A stretch of DNA of 64,000 nt from Podarcis filfolensis. Taxonomy: Eukaryota. Every line of letters starts with the position of its first letter. Within the stretch, counting starts at the first letter, position 1. Below, piece by piece: positions 1 to 13,314 of the stretch. The DNA lies in NCBI GenBank assembly GCA_964270895.1, contig OZ185435.1; one strand, written 5' to 3'. Position numbers and translations under genes: made by a program. The notes under the pieces are model-generated. The model made no database searches. It worked only from the letters and a program-made list of their open reading frames with translations, and was not told the DNA's origin.

Positions 1-959
1 TGACTTAAAACTCTGTGACTTTTTGATCCAGCGGAGGCTTTCATGAATGGAAGGGAAAGGGAGGGTGATTGATTGATAGGTTTCTTTTGCAATTTCCCCT
101 TCCTTATGCAGCCCTCCCATGCTGTTCTGGACAGTCCTCCCAAACCCCACCCTGGTGGGGCAGAGGGAAAGAGGAATAAGAAAATAAAATAAAATAGTCT
201 CATTCTCCCTTGTTCACAGAAGCATCTGCTGGGTCAAAGAACTGTCCATGAACAGAATAACAGGGTAGCGCAAACCAAAAAAGGGGTGTTACTATGAAAA
301 GAAGCAAAAAGCATACAGTAGAAAAAAGGAAATGATTTATTACTTAACTCATTTGGACCCCTCTGGACCAAGGAAACTCAGATATGTAGAAGTTCCATAT
401 GAAATTCCTTTATGAAGGAACAAGAGTGGTCTGATCATTTTCTTTTTCCTACCAGCTAAAGCTGTGCACCTAGTTCCAAATGCTGGATTTGAATTATTTG
501 TGTGAAGTAATAAATAGATGGTATTGCTGCTTTGACACACTGAGTTAATTGTGGGAAGCTGGATTACTGAATTTTGGATGTCCTTCCCCCCCTGCTGATT
601 ACTGTTAGGCAGCTAGAATGACAAAAACAAAATTCTCTTCTAAAAAACTGAAGTTTCCAAAGCTACTGAAGAAACTTAAGTAATGGAATTCTCTTTTGTT
701 TCAGTTACATAATGTTGCATTTATGTACTATATCTTGATTTTTTATAATCTATATATCTTACTCGATAGAAATAATAATGACTATGAACATGATATTACA
801 ATTATTGTTTTGGTTTTATTGCATTCTAAATATTGCTGCCTTGATGGATTACTGCAGCATGTAAGTTAAGTCTTAGTGATTTTATCTGTCTGTCTATCTT
901 ATCTATATGTTAACTGAAAGAAATTTGCAATTAAAACTCAGATCACATATATTAAACAG

Positions 960-1183
960 GTTCAGACTCTTAATGAGCAAGACTGGGAGCGTGCGCAACA
1001 AGCAAGTGTGTTGGCAAATGTTGCACAAGCCTTTGAGAGCGATGTTGATATCTCAGATGGTGAGGATGACAGAGAAACAATATTCAGCTCAGTCGACATC
1101 TTGTCACCTAGTGGTCAGGCAGATGCCCAGACTTTAGCCATGATGCTTCAGGAACAGTTGGATGCCATCAACAATGAAATTAG
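960..1183 (+). CDS. PPFIA1: PPFIA1 exon VQTLNEQDWERAQQASV...DAINNEIR
   Basis: aaacag|GTT ... ATTAG|gtacag; 224 nt, phase 0 to 2. Confidence 0.95.
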
Positions 1184-1879
1184 GTACAGTATACATTTGT
1201 ATCATTAACTTAAATTTCCACTATTTGATGTGAGAATGTACGTCTAGTTTGTTTACTCTCATTTCTTTTCGTTCACATAAGTTATAGCAATAGGTGTGTT
1301 TAATTTACCCAGTGCTCTTCATTTGTATGGATATAGATATGATTTTTCTACATTGTCAGTTTGCCAGAGTTCTTGAAAAATTAACTCAATGTGATTATTT
1401 CTAACTGCTGTGGTAGTAGCATGGCTTCTCCAAACAGCATGAATCTTTACCTTTTCTTAATGAAGGACCATGTCTGTGAACACAGAGCAAAAATTTAAGA
1501 TCTGCTGTATTTGGTTATTTTGTGAGTGTTGAATCATTTGCCTTAAAGACAAGCAGCAAATTATTTTTCATGAAAAAGAGCTTTAAGTAAATTTAATGTC
1601 CCTACCTAGCTTTAATAGTAGCTGCCACTCTTGAAGAATTCCGCCCCCCCAAAGGGATATATATGCAGAGAACAGTGTAGGAGTTAGTACAGAGGCTGCA
1701 GGCTGGGGGCAAAATGCAAAAATAGCCTCACAATCTTATTTCCTCACAGAAGTCTCTGTTAGATCAAATACTGCATATATCCATGAAGGGAAAGTGTGGG
1801 ATGCAGTCCCAAATGAGTACCTCTTCAGTAGAATTCCAGTAGTAATAATGTACCTTTCATGAGGACTTGTAAAGAAGTA

Positions 1880-2113
1880 CAGTGGAACCTTTGTTCTCAA
1901 ACTTAATGATTTCCGGAAGTCCATTCGACTCCTGCAACCGTTCGAAATCCAAGGCGCGGCTTCCAATTGGCTGCAGGAGCTTCCTGCACTCAAGCGGAAG
2001 CTGTGTCGGACATTCGGCTTCCAAAAACCGTTTGAAAACCGGAACACTTCCAGGTTATCACCGTTTGGGAGCTGATTTGTTTGTCAACTAAGCCGTTCAA
2101 GAACCTTAAACTG
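1880..2113. mobile_element. Tc1/mariner-type (Tigger/pogo-like) MITE, degraded right end
   Basis: TA|CAGTGG ... ACTG|TA; internal sequence related to the 33056 element (attggctgcag...). Confidence 0.65.
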
Positions 2114-2264
2114 TACCCTTAAACAGCTTATCATAACTTGAGTTATTGATGAAAATAGCAAAAGTTAATTGATGGCAGTGAAGCTTTGATAACGTTGGAT
2201 AAAATGTGCGTCTTTTGTGGCAGATACATTGCATAAAGGAATTGCATTCTTTCTTTCTTTTTAG

Positions 2265-2499
2265 ACTGATACAAGAAGAAAAGGAAAACACTGAGCAGCG
2301 AGCAGAGGAAATTGAAAGCCGTGTTGGTAGTGGGAGTTTAGAAAATCTTGGCCGATTTCGGTCCTTGAGCTCTCTTCCTCCTCCCTTTCCTGGTGGCTCC
2401 CTTTCTGGCTCCTCTCCACCTGGCAGTGGTCGTTCCACCCCGCGACGAATGCCACATAGTCCTGCTCGAGAAGTGGACAGACTAGGCATCATGACGCTA
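2265..2499 (+). CDS. PPFIA1: PPFIA1 exon [19 protein letters not shown]...DRLGIMTL
   Basis: ttttag|A ... CTA|gtaagt; 235 nt, phase 2 to 0. Confidence 0.95.
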
Positions 2500-2822
2500 G
2501 TAAGTGTCTCTGTTTTCCTCCCACACACCCCAGGGGGGACTCCCTATGATTAGCTCTTGCATTGCTCCCCATTTTTCTGTATGTCTTGTCTTCTTGTGTT
2601 TGCATACAGGTCACCTTTAACAGGAATTTCAGACTACTTGCATGTAGCATGCAGCCACCTAACCCCCCCATCAGAAGTTGTCTAGTTCAACTTTGACACC
2701 TCCCCTACACGCACACTTAATTTGGGACGGAATGTTGGAAACTTACCCTGAATGTTAAACATGAGTTAAGTCCCTGGGAGGTGTACAAGGATACATCCTT
2801 CTAGGTAGAGATAAAAGTTACA

Positions 2823-3158
2823 GGTAAAGGACCTCTGGACAGTTAAGTCCAGCCAAAGGCGACTATAGGGTGCAGCGCTCATTGAGGGAGCTGGCGTTTG
2901 TCCACAAACAGCTTTCCTGGTCATGTGGCCATGACTAAACTGCTTCTGGTGCAATGGAACACGATGAAGAGTGCCAGAGTACATAGAAATGCTATTTACC
3001 TGTTTATCTACTTGCACTGGTCTGCTTTCAAACTGCTAGGTTGGCAGGTGCTGGGTCAGAGCAATGAGAGCTCACCTCATTGCACGGAGTCAAACTGCCA
3101 ACCTTCTGATCAGCAAGCCCAAGAGGTTCAGTGGTTTAGACCACAGCACCACCCACTC
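2823..3158 (-). mobile_element. Sauria-type SINE
   Basis: tRNA-like head at the right end, GTAAAGG tail complement at the left; similar to the 49943 and 57868 copies. Confidence 0.85.
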
Positions 3159-3940
3159 TAGGTATAGAGTTGCAACTAATCACATTTACACTGCACTCCA
3201 CTCTTACCTGGCTTTTCCATCACTCTTGGCTTCCCTCCAAGGTCTCTAGTCCAGGGCCTTGGGTATTCTTTTTTTTTCTTGCTTGTGCTGTTCCTTTTCC
3301 TTAATTCTACAATGCATTTTGCGCAGCTTTGACATGAAAGGTTCAGCAAGGGGAGAGGATTGTGATTCCCATTTCCTACCTTTCAAGCAGGAGAAATGAG
3401 AATTTACTTGGTCATCTCCAAGGGACTCAGCTCGAAACCAGTGTTTATGGAAGGCTTCCAACATTTTGGTCCATGGTAGAAGAAGCAGAAAGAGCACTCT
3501 ACTTCTGTCCTTTATTTTTGTGGCTTTTAGAAAATTAGTTAAAAATAATCCCTCATGTAAAAAAAAAGTCATTTATAGCAATGCTTAACTAGCGTTAAGA
3601 ATCCATTTTTTGAAACTGACGTGTGATACTGCAGCAACAATACATGAAGGTAATTTACACTCCAGAGTGATCCCTTACTTATGGTTAAGGTATTCCACCC
3701 ATTATGTCTGCATCAATCTTAAATGCTGCTTTCCGGGGTTATGCTTAAATGTTTTCAGTATAGAGAAGTGGTCTGTTTGAGCAGTGGTTTCATGAGTAGG
3801 TTAAATAGAGCATATGGCTTGTCTTCTCCCGGAGAATGTTTTATAACTGCGAAAATCATCCCATGTGTTCATGCTTTCTAGTTTGAATAATCAAAATACC
3901 TGCTTTATCTTAATTTCTCTTCTTTGCATGCTTCTGTCAG

Positions 3941-3970
3941 CCTAGTGATTTAAGGAAACATCATAGAAAG
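3941..3970 (+). CDS. PPFIA1: PPFIA1 30-nt cassette microexon PSDLRKHHRK
   Basis: ctgtcag|CCT...AAG|gtaaat; phase 0/0; matches the PSDLRKHRRK segment of liprin-alpha paralogues. Confidence 0.85.
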
Positions 3971-4801
3971 GTAAATCTTCAGCCATTAATCTCTGTGGAA
4001 TCTTGAACAATAAAGTCTAGTATAATTAAACTGTATTTTTAAAATGTAAATGGTTTTTGATCAGCATGACCAGAACAAAGAGTTCTCCATGCATACCTCC
4101 ACTGCTCTCTTGCTTGCCAGGTGTGCTCATCTCCCTATACTATTTCTGTGGTAACACTTTGCTATTAAGGGAAGGTGGGGGACAAATAAGGATATATGAA
4201 ATCTACACACCTGCCATTTAGAATGTCTTCCCTTCCAGTTGAAGAGCTATGTTTGCATTGTGCGTAGTAGGTATTCCTTGTGTATTTTCTCCATGGCTGA
4301 TTAATCCCCTTACAATCCCTGCAGCGGTAGAGCAGATATTAGAACAGGTAGAAGTTCAGTCCTATTCTTCACTTCAGGTTTCTACCAAAGCAAAGTGGGA
4401 AGGAACCTGAGCCATGCCAGAAAATAGTACATGCATACCATCAGAACTTGGAACAGATGCTCAAAGCATGTCCATGGAGAAGAAAAATCTGTTTAAATAC
4501 CCCTCTGAATTCTGGGCATTGACTTCAGAATTGGTCTCAGATTCCACCAAAGTCTATTTCAAATGCTTATAACTGCAAGAAATATGAGTTCTGTGCAAAC
4601 TGGCAGACCCTAGATAATACACGAACTTGGTTTGGTTAGAACAAAATATTGTATCATTGCATACAATTTTTCTTTGTTGAAACGGAAGCATATAGATGTA
4701 ACAGCTGTTGAAATTATAAAATCTATAACACCGAAGAATCTTTACTGTGAGTACTCTGCCTCTTAGAGATGAAGTAATACTTAAATTGTGTTTGTTTGCA
4801 G

Positions 4802-4953
4802 TCTCCAGTTTCAAGAGAAGAAGTTAGAGATGACAAGGCTACAATAAAATGTGAGACCTCACCACCCTCTTCACCTCGATCTCTGCATTTAGATAGAACC
4901 TATAAGGGTGCCTTGCATACAGTGAGCCATGAAGATTTAAGAGATCTAAGAAA
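4802..4953 (+). CDS. PPFIA1: PPFIA1 exon SPVSREEVRDDKATIKCETSPPSSPR...DLRN
   Basis: tttgcag|TCT ... AA|gtaagt; 152 nt, phase 0 to 2. Confidence 0.93.
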
Positions 4954-5411
4954 GTAAGTTATGTTTAAATAGAATATAGCTAAACTGAAGACTGTCATCC
5001 TATGTTTTGTTTTGTTGCGTAACATAAAATCAGTATATGATATTGGCTTTTTGGAGTCATTGGATGCAAACTCCTAGCTTCAGGATTTCTCATTGACTGC
5101 CAACAGCTCATACTGTGTGTTTCCTCAACTTCCCCTTTCTCCTCCTTGGCTCCCTTTCTCCTCAGACTTCTACTTCCATTGTTTGCTATTTAGTTAGTTA
5201 TTTACAGAATTTTATACCAGCTATTACTGTTTTTGGGTGGTGTACAATTGAAACAGAACAAAACAGAAAATATAATACAAACAGAAAATCCCAAAGACAC
5301 TTTCACAGAAATACTTGTGTGGACAGACTAATTTCCTTAGCACTGTGTTGAATATAACCCAAAATGTGTATAGTGCATATTTTTATAGACTTAACTGTAT
5401 CTGCTCTACAG

Positions 5412-5584
5412 TTCCACAGGTTCTCAAGATGGACAAGTAAGCAATCCCAGCAGCAGTAATAGTAGCCAAGATTCCCTTCACAAAGCCCCTAAAAAGAAGG
5501 GGATAAAATCCTCAATCGGGCGCCTATTTGGTAAGAAAGAAAAGGGTCGACCTGGACAGATCAGCAAAGAGAGCGGAGGACAAG
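5412..5584 (+). CDS. PPFIA1: PPFIA1 exon STGSQDGQ...[23 protein letters not shown]
   Basis: ctacag|T ... CAAG|gttggt; 173 nt, phase 2 to 1. Confidence 0.94.
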
Positions 5585-6809
5585 GTTGGTGCATTATTGT
5601 ACCTAGAACAGAAGGCACAGCAATTCTTAGGCTAATTGTTGTATAGGGTATAAGGTAAAGAAGTCCTAGCTGTGTGGTATGCAGATTACATCTACCTATG
5701 CTAGTATAGGCATAAGTGGAAGTTGGTGTCCTTGGCTATGCAGATGACTGTCTCAGCAGAAATCCAGAATGAAAGGTATTAGATCTGAGGCAAATAACTG
5801 TGATTCTTCCAGAGCTGACCTTAGTAAGCATTTTATATTTATTTGATTGCTGTTCAAAATACTACTTGTGCTGCTTATCACGTAAGCACCATTGTCTTGC
5901 ACCTCACTGCCATGAGACCCCAAAGCAGTGACCAAGCAGTCCCTGGCCTTTGCCTACCCATCTGGGTCAATTCACAGCATCCACCACTGAGTGTGTCAAG
6001 GAAACTAGGGGTGGGCTCTTAAGTAGATGGATGGATTTATTTAGAAATATTTCCAAGTGGTATATAAGTAGTATAAATCAACATAAACGATAAAGATGTA
6101 GAAAAGCAGATCGATATAAAAATCCAATGATACAGGGTCCAATTTTACATATCAAGGAAAGTCCTTTTGTTCAATTGTTATGTGGCTTTGAAATCATCAG
6201 ATAAAGCAGCTGCAGGAAATTGATAGCTACAGGAAATGTAGGTGTATCAGTTTCTACTACAATCATAATATTTTATTTATTACTACTGTGTTTATATCCC
6301 ACCTTTTCTCTAAGGAGCTCAGGGTGTCTCCATTTTATATTGATGTTCACTGTTCATTGTCTCTTGGTAAACAAAGGTTTAGTGGCTTTTGAACTATACA
6401 GTTGGAACTTGAGAGTCACTTCCATAAAGGAAAGAGTTCTTTTTGCTCATAGGACCAACTGTGATCCACTGGAAGCTCCCTGCTGGAGAAAGGGTCCCCA
6501 TCCACTAATTCCCTCTTCATCCCTCATCACTGCCTCTTATTCTGTTCTGGAGAGCCCTCCAGTTCTCCAGAGCAAATTTTCAGGGGGAAGGACAAATGGG
6601 CAAAAATTGCCTGCCTCCCTCTGTCTCCTCTAACGCAAATGTAACTGCTGTGTTTTAATTCTGGAACCTGCCCAATGTATGTATAACATTTTACACTGTT
6701 GTACTGCAAACAAACTTGTATGTTGGAAATAAACACAAATGACATTCATTACTGTAATTCTGCTGCGTGCTAAAGTTAAATACATGACAGGTTTTTTTCA
6801 TTCTTGCAG

Positions 6810-6903
6810 TTAGTGTAATGGAAGCAGACAGTTCAACTCAGGATGGCTTGGGACTTGGAAAATTGGGAGGACAAGCAGAAAAAAATCGAAAATTGCAAAA
6901 AAA
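6810..6903 (+). CDS. PPFIA1: PPFIA1 exon VSVMEADSSTQDGLGLGKLGGQAEKNRKLQKK
   Basis: ttgcag|TT ... AA|gtaagt; 94 nt, phase 1 to 2. Confidence 0.93.
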
Positions 6904-7131
6904 GTAAGTTTTAACTTCTCCTCAGTTCTGATATCTAAACAGTGAATGTTCTGCAAACTTCTTGCTTCAAGTTAGTATTGAATTTTCCTGTTACCAAAAA
7001 TCTCAAGATATCAAGAAAATGGATATAAAACTATGACAAAAAATCAGGTTTATCTTAAGAAATGTCTGCTGTTTTCCTTTAAATTATGCAGCTTTACTGA
7101 ACCTTTAAGAATAGCTAGAGTGAAAGATGGC

Positions 7132-7162
7132 TATACTGGATTGTATACTGGATTGTATACTG
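7132..7162. repeat. Short tandem duplication (tatactggattg x2.5)
   Basis: Direct inspection. Confidence 0.8.
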
Positions 7163-8645
7163 TTTCCTGTTCATTTTATCACTATTATTATATGACGCAT
7201 TGGGAACTGAGAAACAGCTGTAATTTGAAATAATAATATAAATAAATAAATAATCTTTGCTGGTACACCGAGTCTCAGGACCTGAGTGAATAACATGGGT
7301 ACAGAGTGGGACAGGGGAAAGGTTGTTAGAGGAAATTCATTTTGTGTTATCCTGTAAGTAGAAAAATAAATGCATTGCTCGTCTTGTCAGTCAGTGTTCT
7401 GTCTATCTTTTATTCACCCATAGTGCATCACCATACACTATCATATTCATTTTTATCTATATTAAGTGCTTTTCAAGTTTTAGTTTTACATTTTATTTTC
7501 TTTATTTCCTTTTAAATTTTCCATTTGGTGTGGTAGTGCAAAATCAGGGTAAGTTGATTTTAATTTAACTTTTGCAGAATGTGAATGTGTGATGTATTGG
7601 GAAACTCTTTTTTAAAAGATTTGTGTTAAAACATCAGCCATTACCTTTTTGAATTATTTTCCTTGCAAGATTCTAAAGAACATTCTGCTGAAACATTTTC
7701 AGCAAAATCCTGCCAGCACGTTCATGAATTAGGTATAATTCATGAATCCTGCCATAACTTGTTAGTGTGCTGTCAAACAAAAATTCTTGACATAAATTCT
7801 TTAGTCCTAGCATTTGATTTTAAACTGTTTGAGTTGATTTTTTTTTTAATGTATTGCAAAAATGTACTTTTGTAGTGGGTGCTGTTGTCAACCGAAGAAG
7901 AGTGAATCAGTTCGGCTACAGAACAGTCAAGTTCCTCAGCTCATCTACCATTATACTCCCTAGCATTTTCACATATAGTTTCTCCCTTCACTGTGTCTAA
8001 TGTGTATTTAGAAAATGAGCATATGTTTTAAATTAGAGAACATGCATTCATAGTCATACAATAAAATAAGGTAGAAAATAGTTTCGGCCCTCTTCTGTTT
8101 CGTTTTCGAATTTTAAGGGATGGTACTTCTCAAATTGTGTTAGGAACCCTTAGAATCCTCAATATCATAAGAGTTCTTAAGGGAAAAGATCACTAATAGA
8201 CTTTCCCAAAAGATAGCATTCCCCACACCGCTTAAAAAAGCAGAACCCCAAAAGAGTGTTGCATGCATTTACTTAATATACTTGTCAGTGGTTCTTGGTA
8301 ACAGTAAATACAGGTTTTGAAACCCCTTCATATTGAGGCTGCCCAAACCTTTCCTGTAAAAACTATTCCCCCCTAGGTAGTGCTTGTCTAGTGCACCTGC
8401 ACATGATAACTAATTTAGACCAGGAGCTTCAGCAGTGTAATGGATTCTGCTTTCCAAAGGTCTGGTGCAATCCATTATTCTAATGTTACTTTTCTACTTA
8501 ACTCATGCAGTGTGCTTGCCATGCTGCTGTCACTCTTGGACAATTTGCTGTGTTCATAGAGTTGCTGAAACAAAGGGGGAAATCACCGGAGGACAATCAG
8601 TAAAAATATAAGCACTTCACAAGTATATTTTGCTGTTTTTTAAAG

Positions 8646-8727
8646 GCATGAACTGCTTGAGGAAGCCCGGAGGCAAGGTTTACCCTTTGCTCAGTGGGAT
8701 GGGCCAACTGTGGTTGTCTGGTTAGAG
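8646..8727 (+). CDS. PPFIA1: PPFIA1 exon [27 protein letters not shown] (start of SAM1)
   Basis: taaag|G ... GAG|gtaagg; 82 nt, phase 2 to 0. Confidence 0.95.
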
Positions 8728-8791
8728 GTAAGGAGTCTTTACAATAATAAACTCAGTGCAGCATGGCTTCTAACTTGAAACTTGTAGGTGA

Positions 8792-9055
<264 letters not shown>

Positions 9056-10952
9056 TAGCATATCTTTTAGAATTCTGCTTTTTGTGCAGGTCTGCATTAA
9101 AAAAGACAAATATAATAAAATAAAAATAAAGTTAGGGATAGTTCTTAGAAAATGACAAAATGAAGTGACCTGTTGAAACAAGTTTGCAAAAAGTTATGGT
9201 TAGTAACTGTGCTTAAAAAAGTAATGACTTCAGGAAGAATGCCAGTTTTAGGCAGGTTCTTGGGATCATTTATGGCATGCTAAGATTTAAAGGCATGTTT
9301 GAAATGTTAGGCAACGCTAATATTTTTAACTAGATGTTTGTTACTGCAAGCAGGGGTCCACAATTTTGCTCACCATGATGAGTATCCTATGTCCTTCTGT
9401 TGAGCAGGACAAACCTCCAGCCTCCCAAATTTGGAGCTGGAGAATGGGGCAAGTATCATCCACACAGTACTGCTCCTTTTCTAAGGCTTTCCAAGCACTT
9501 TGGAAGCACAGCAGCAAAGCAACCCCCAACCCTCATCTCAGTTTAGAATATTTTGGAGCAGAGATCCTTTTGTGTTTCTGGCTCTGGAGAAGAGGTGTGG
9601 GGCTTGATTTTACCATGTTCTTCCAGGACACTTGGAGTACCTTGTATAACACAACACAGTTTCTGGGATTCAAAAGGGAGGAGGGGATTCCTTTGAAAGG
9701 CACCCGACTTAGATTGGGGATAAAACCTGTCCTGGGGGGAAAGGCAGAGTCCTGACAAGTCAAACCTTTGGTTGGCTACCAAGGCCAGCCAAAATTTGTG
9801 AACCCAGTATTTAAAGATACAGTACCACCCTATTTCAGGCATGTTACATGAAAGCAATCCCCTTTTAAAAGTGGAACTAAAGAAAGTTGTACCTGTGTTG
9901 TATTCTTGTGTGGGGTGGGGGCACATGTTGAAGGCAGGTTGTTTTACCTGCCACAATTGAATCACATTTCATTATTTATATCTGGGGTGCAGAATGTCAG
10001 CCAGTTCAGTGGGGCCTTGATAAATACTGTGCTGTGGATGTGCATACAGATGCAAATCTGCATCCATATAGGCTACATATGCACATCTCATTGTGGGGCT
10101 GGAGTGAGAGGAATATCTGCTGTGTTTGTAGAGTGATTTGAAAGAAAACTGACTGACAAAGAATAAGCAGGATCCATTTCATGTTAGGATCCAGAGTTCC
10201 TGTGCTCACGGAACAATTATTGCCACATATGCTCTTGGCTTATCATAAATATATGTTATGTATATTTATGTATTATATTATGTATAAACTTAATCTGATT
10301 GCATTCTATATAATTTGGTCTCAAAAGCAACCTGCCTAAACTGAGGTGGTTCACATATAATGCCAGCCATGATTTGGTGTTACATGACTGATCTTCAAAC
10401 TCTGGTTTGCAATCCTGATTTAGAGCAAAGGCAAGCCATAGTTTTTCGGATGTAACAAAAATCTATGGTTTACCATAAACCTGTATGTACTTTGGAGTGT
10501 GCAAAGGGAGACATGAGTACACAAACACAACTTGTTCAAGTACTGCCAACCATGATTTGGCATTGCATGTGAATTGGCACATAGTATACAAGGGGATACA
10601 GTAAGTTTCTTCAGAAGGATAGATGCACTCTAAGGAACTAAAATGAAGTATCCCAAAGTGTTACTTGGCCCTGCTAAGTGTAAGAAGTACACCTAGAAGT
10701 CATATTATGAGGAATTATACTTTTTCTAATTTTGCTTAAATACAGGGTATACATTAAGTTGTTATTTGAAGGGAAATGTTTGCTTGCAGGCTTGCATCTT
10801 ACATCAGTCTGCACTTAACAATCTAGAAACCATTGCTTTTGCCCATGCCTGCTCCTTATATGTACCTGTTGCTTATATATTCTGCAACCTTTCCTCTTTG
10901 TTACTGCTTTCCTTTCATTGGATGTGATTGGTTCACTTTGGGGTCATATTAG

Positions 10953-11015
10953 ACCACAGGAAATGTCTGGGTAACACATGAAGAAATGGAAAATCTTACA
11001 TCTACACCACAAACG
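10953..11015 (+). CDS. PPFIA1: PPFIA1 63-nt cassette exon TTGNVWVTHEEMENLTSTPQT (SAM1-SAM2 linker insertion)
   Basis: tattag|ACC...ACG|gttagt; phase 0/0; GNVWVTHEEM matches the liprin-alpha linker insertion. Confidence 0.88.
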
Positions 11016-11544
11016 GTTAGTTATAGCACTGAACCTTTTTGTGTTTACAGTGCTTTTCCCACTTCTTGAGTGCTTGAATCATGTGCCTCTTAATGTCTCT
11101 GAAAAGAGTAGAAATATTAATTCTTCTTGGTTATGGCCTATTTTAATTACTAACCTTCTCTGAAATGTATAATTATGCTGTAAAATGTTTTTCCACCAAG
11201 GTCATCATGGGGTTGGGAGGCACTGAAGGCAAAATCAGTGCATTGATTTTGGAATTCTTAAGATGTTGCCTAATATTTTACTTGGGTTTACAGCTAAAGG
11301 CTGCTTCTTGTGTGGATAAACTAAGCAGCATGTGGTGCTTCAATTTACACAAGGGTATAAATATATTGAGAAATTCTTATGTACATAATTTTGAATGCAT
11401 GATGCTTGCATTCCTAACAATTAGCATGCCATTATTTTGCCTTTCCATTATGGCCACATTCCAGAGGTGTCATTTTATGCGCAGAAAGGACTATGTACAC
11501 TGTTCATTGCTAGGATACATACACTAAATGTGACATAATTTTAT

Positions 11545-11675
11545 TATGTATTTTGTGGTTTTATATCTTGGATTTTATTCTGTAAACTACCCTGAGACCC
11601 CCGGGTATAGGGTGGTATATAAATTCAATCAATCAATCAATAATAATAATAATAATTAATAATAATAATAATTTC
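11545..11675 (+). mobile_element. LINE (L2-like) 3' tail ending in (TCAA)n(AAT)n
   Basis: ctgtaaactaccctgag...gggtggtatataaat followed by a microsatellite tail. Confidence 0.55.
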
Positions 11676-11861
11676 AACAGCCATAATACTTGTTTTGAGA
11701 AGTTTATTGACATCAAGCCTTCTACAGGTTTGCACAGTTCAGCCATTTGATTATTTTTTGCACACTGGACTGCGGCCATCACCTTGAATTTTCTTGCATT
11801 ACTAAACTTACAAATACTAACATTTGTGTGTTCTTTTGCTTTTCTAATTACGTAACATCAG

Positions 11862-11888
11862 GAAGATGTGGAAGGAAGCTGGGCTCAG
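11862..11888 (+). CDS. PPFIA1: PPFIA1 27-nt microexon EDVEGSWAQ
   Basis: catcag|GAA...CAG|gttgga; phase 0/0; matches the EEGSWAQ segment of liprin-alpha. Confidence 0.85.
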
Positions 11889-12943
11889 GTTGGAGACTTT
11901 TCTTTTAAACCTTCTGTGTAAAACATCAAAGTTTATTTAACCATAGAAAACTTATTTTTTAAAGAAAAAACACATTGAAAAACATTTTTGAGGGGAAACT
12001 AATGAGTAAATATTTCAAATGTTAACTCACCCAAAATTTATTTTGAGAAATTATTTGGCATGGAGGTTGGCATTATATTACCTACTTTTGAGGCTTGTTC
12101 TCCTGGAGTTCATCACCGGCTTGTGATAGCACAGCAACAAAATGTGTGCCTTTTGCTGATTTTTGTTTCTGTCACAACGCATTCAGATTCAACTAAAATC
12201 TGTTTAAATAAGTTAATAACATCTTTCTAACAGCAGCCACTTCCCACTTTCCTAGCTGGCCAATGCCAGTGATCCACATTGTAAACACGGGAAGGGATGG
12301 CTTCACATGACATGGTAAGCCAAAATACGACTTCAGTGAGGCTGTGCAAACATGCAGGGGAGCTCAGAGCTCATTTGCCCCTCCCTACTCATTTTTACAA
12401 CTGCACCATGCTGACTAAGCTAAAGTTTGGCTTTAATGTATCATCCAAACCAGGAATCATGGTTAAGCCATCCTCTCACTAACCATGAGCTGTAGGCAAG
12501 AACAAACTTCTTTATAGCTCATGCTTAGTCAGAAGAGAACTTAGTTTTGCTCAGTTCAAGGCAGCAAAATGAAAGTCCAGAGGAGAGGAAAACAGCTCCT
12601 CTCCAAGAGCAGGTTCTCACAGTCTTACTAAGTCATTGTTTGCCGTACCCAGTTGTGCAAAGCAAGTCAAGGTTTGAAATGGGGAATTGAAATGTACCAG
12701 GAAGCTGCAGCCCTGGCACTATCAGAGAGTTTGACGATGTGCATCTTCAAATCATACTTCACTGTTCACCTAAGTAAATGCTAGCTGCTGTATAAATAAA
12801 GTGTGAAGTGGTTTTAATTTTTAAAACATTGCTTTGCATCTTCAGTAGTTACAACCTCTTTCTTGTGTGAAACTGTAAGGCACTGACTAAATATTTTACA
12901 CTTTCTTATTTAAAATTACACTTCAATGGTTTTCTTTAAATAG

Positions 12944-13120
<177 letters not shown>

Positions 13121-13216
13121 TAAATAGATTTAAAATAGTCTTTACTAATGAGCATTTTGTCTGTGCATTTCAACATACTTTTACTAATGCCTATTTCCTT
13201 TTTAATCTTTTAACAG

Positions 13217-13314
13217 AAATAGTTTCCAGTGTGGCATTATGTGTCTGCGGAGATTAAATTATGACCGAAAAGAACTTGAAAGAAGAAGAGAAGAAGGTTT
13301 GAATGAGATTAAAG
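13217..13314 (+). CDS. PPFIA1: PPFIA1 exon NSFQCGIMCLRRLNYDRKELERRREEGLNEIK
   Basis: taacag|A ... AAAG|gtagcc; 98 nt, phase 2 to 1. Confidence 0.95.
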
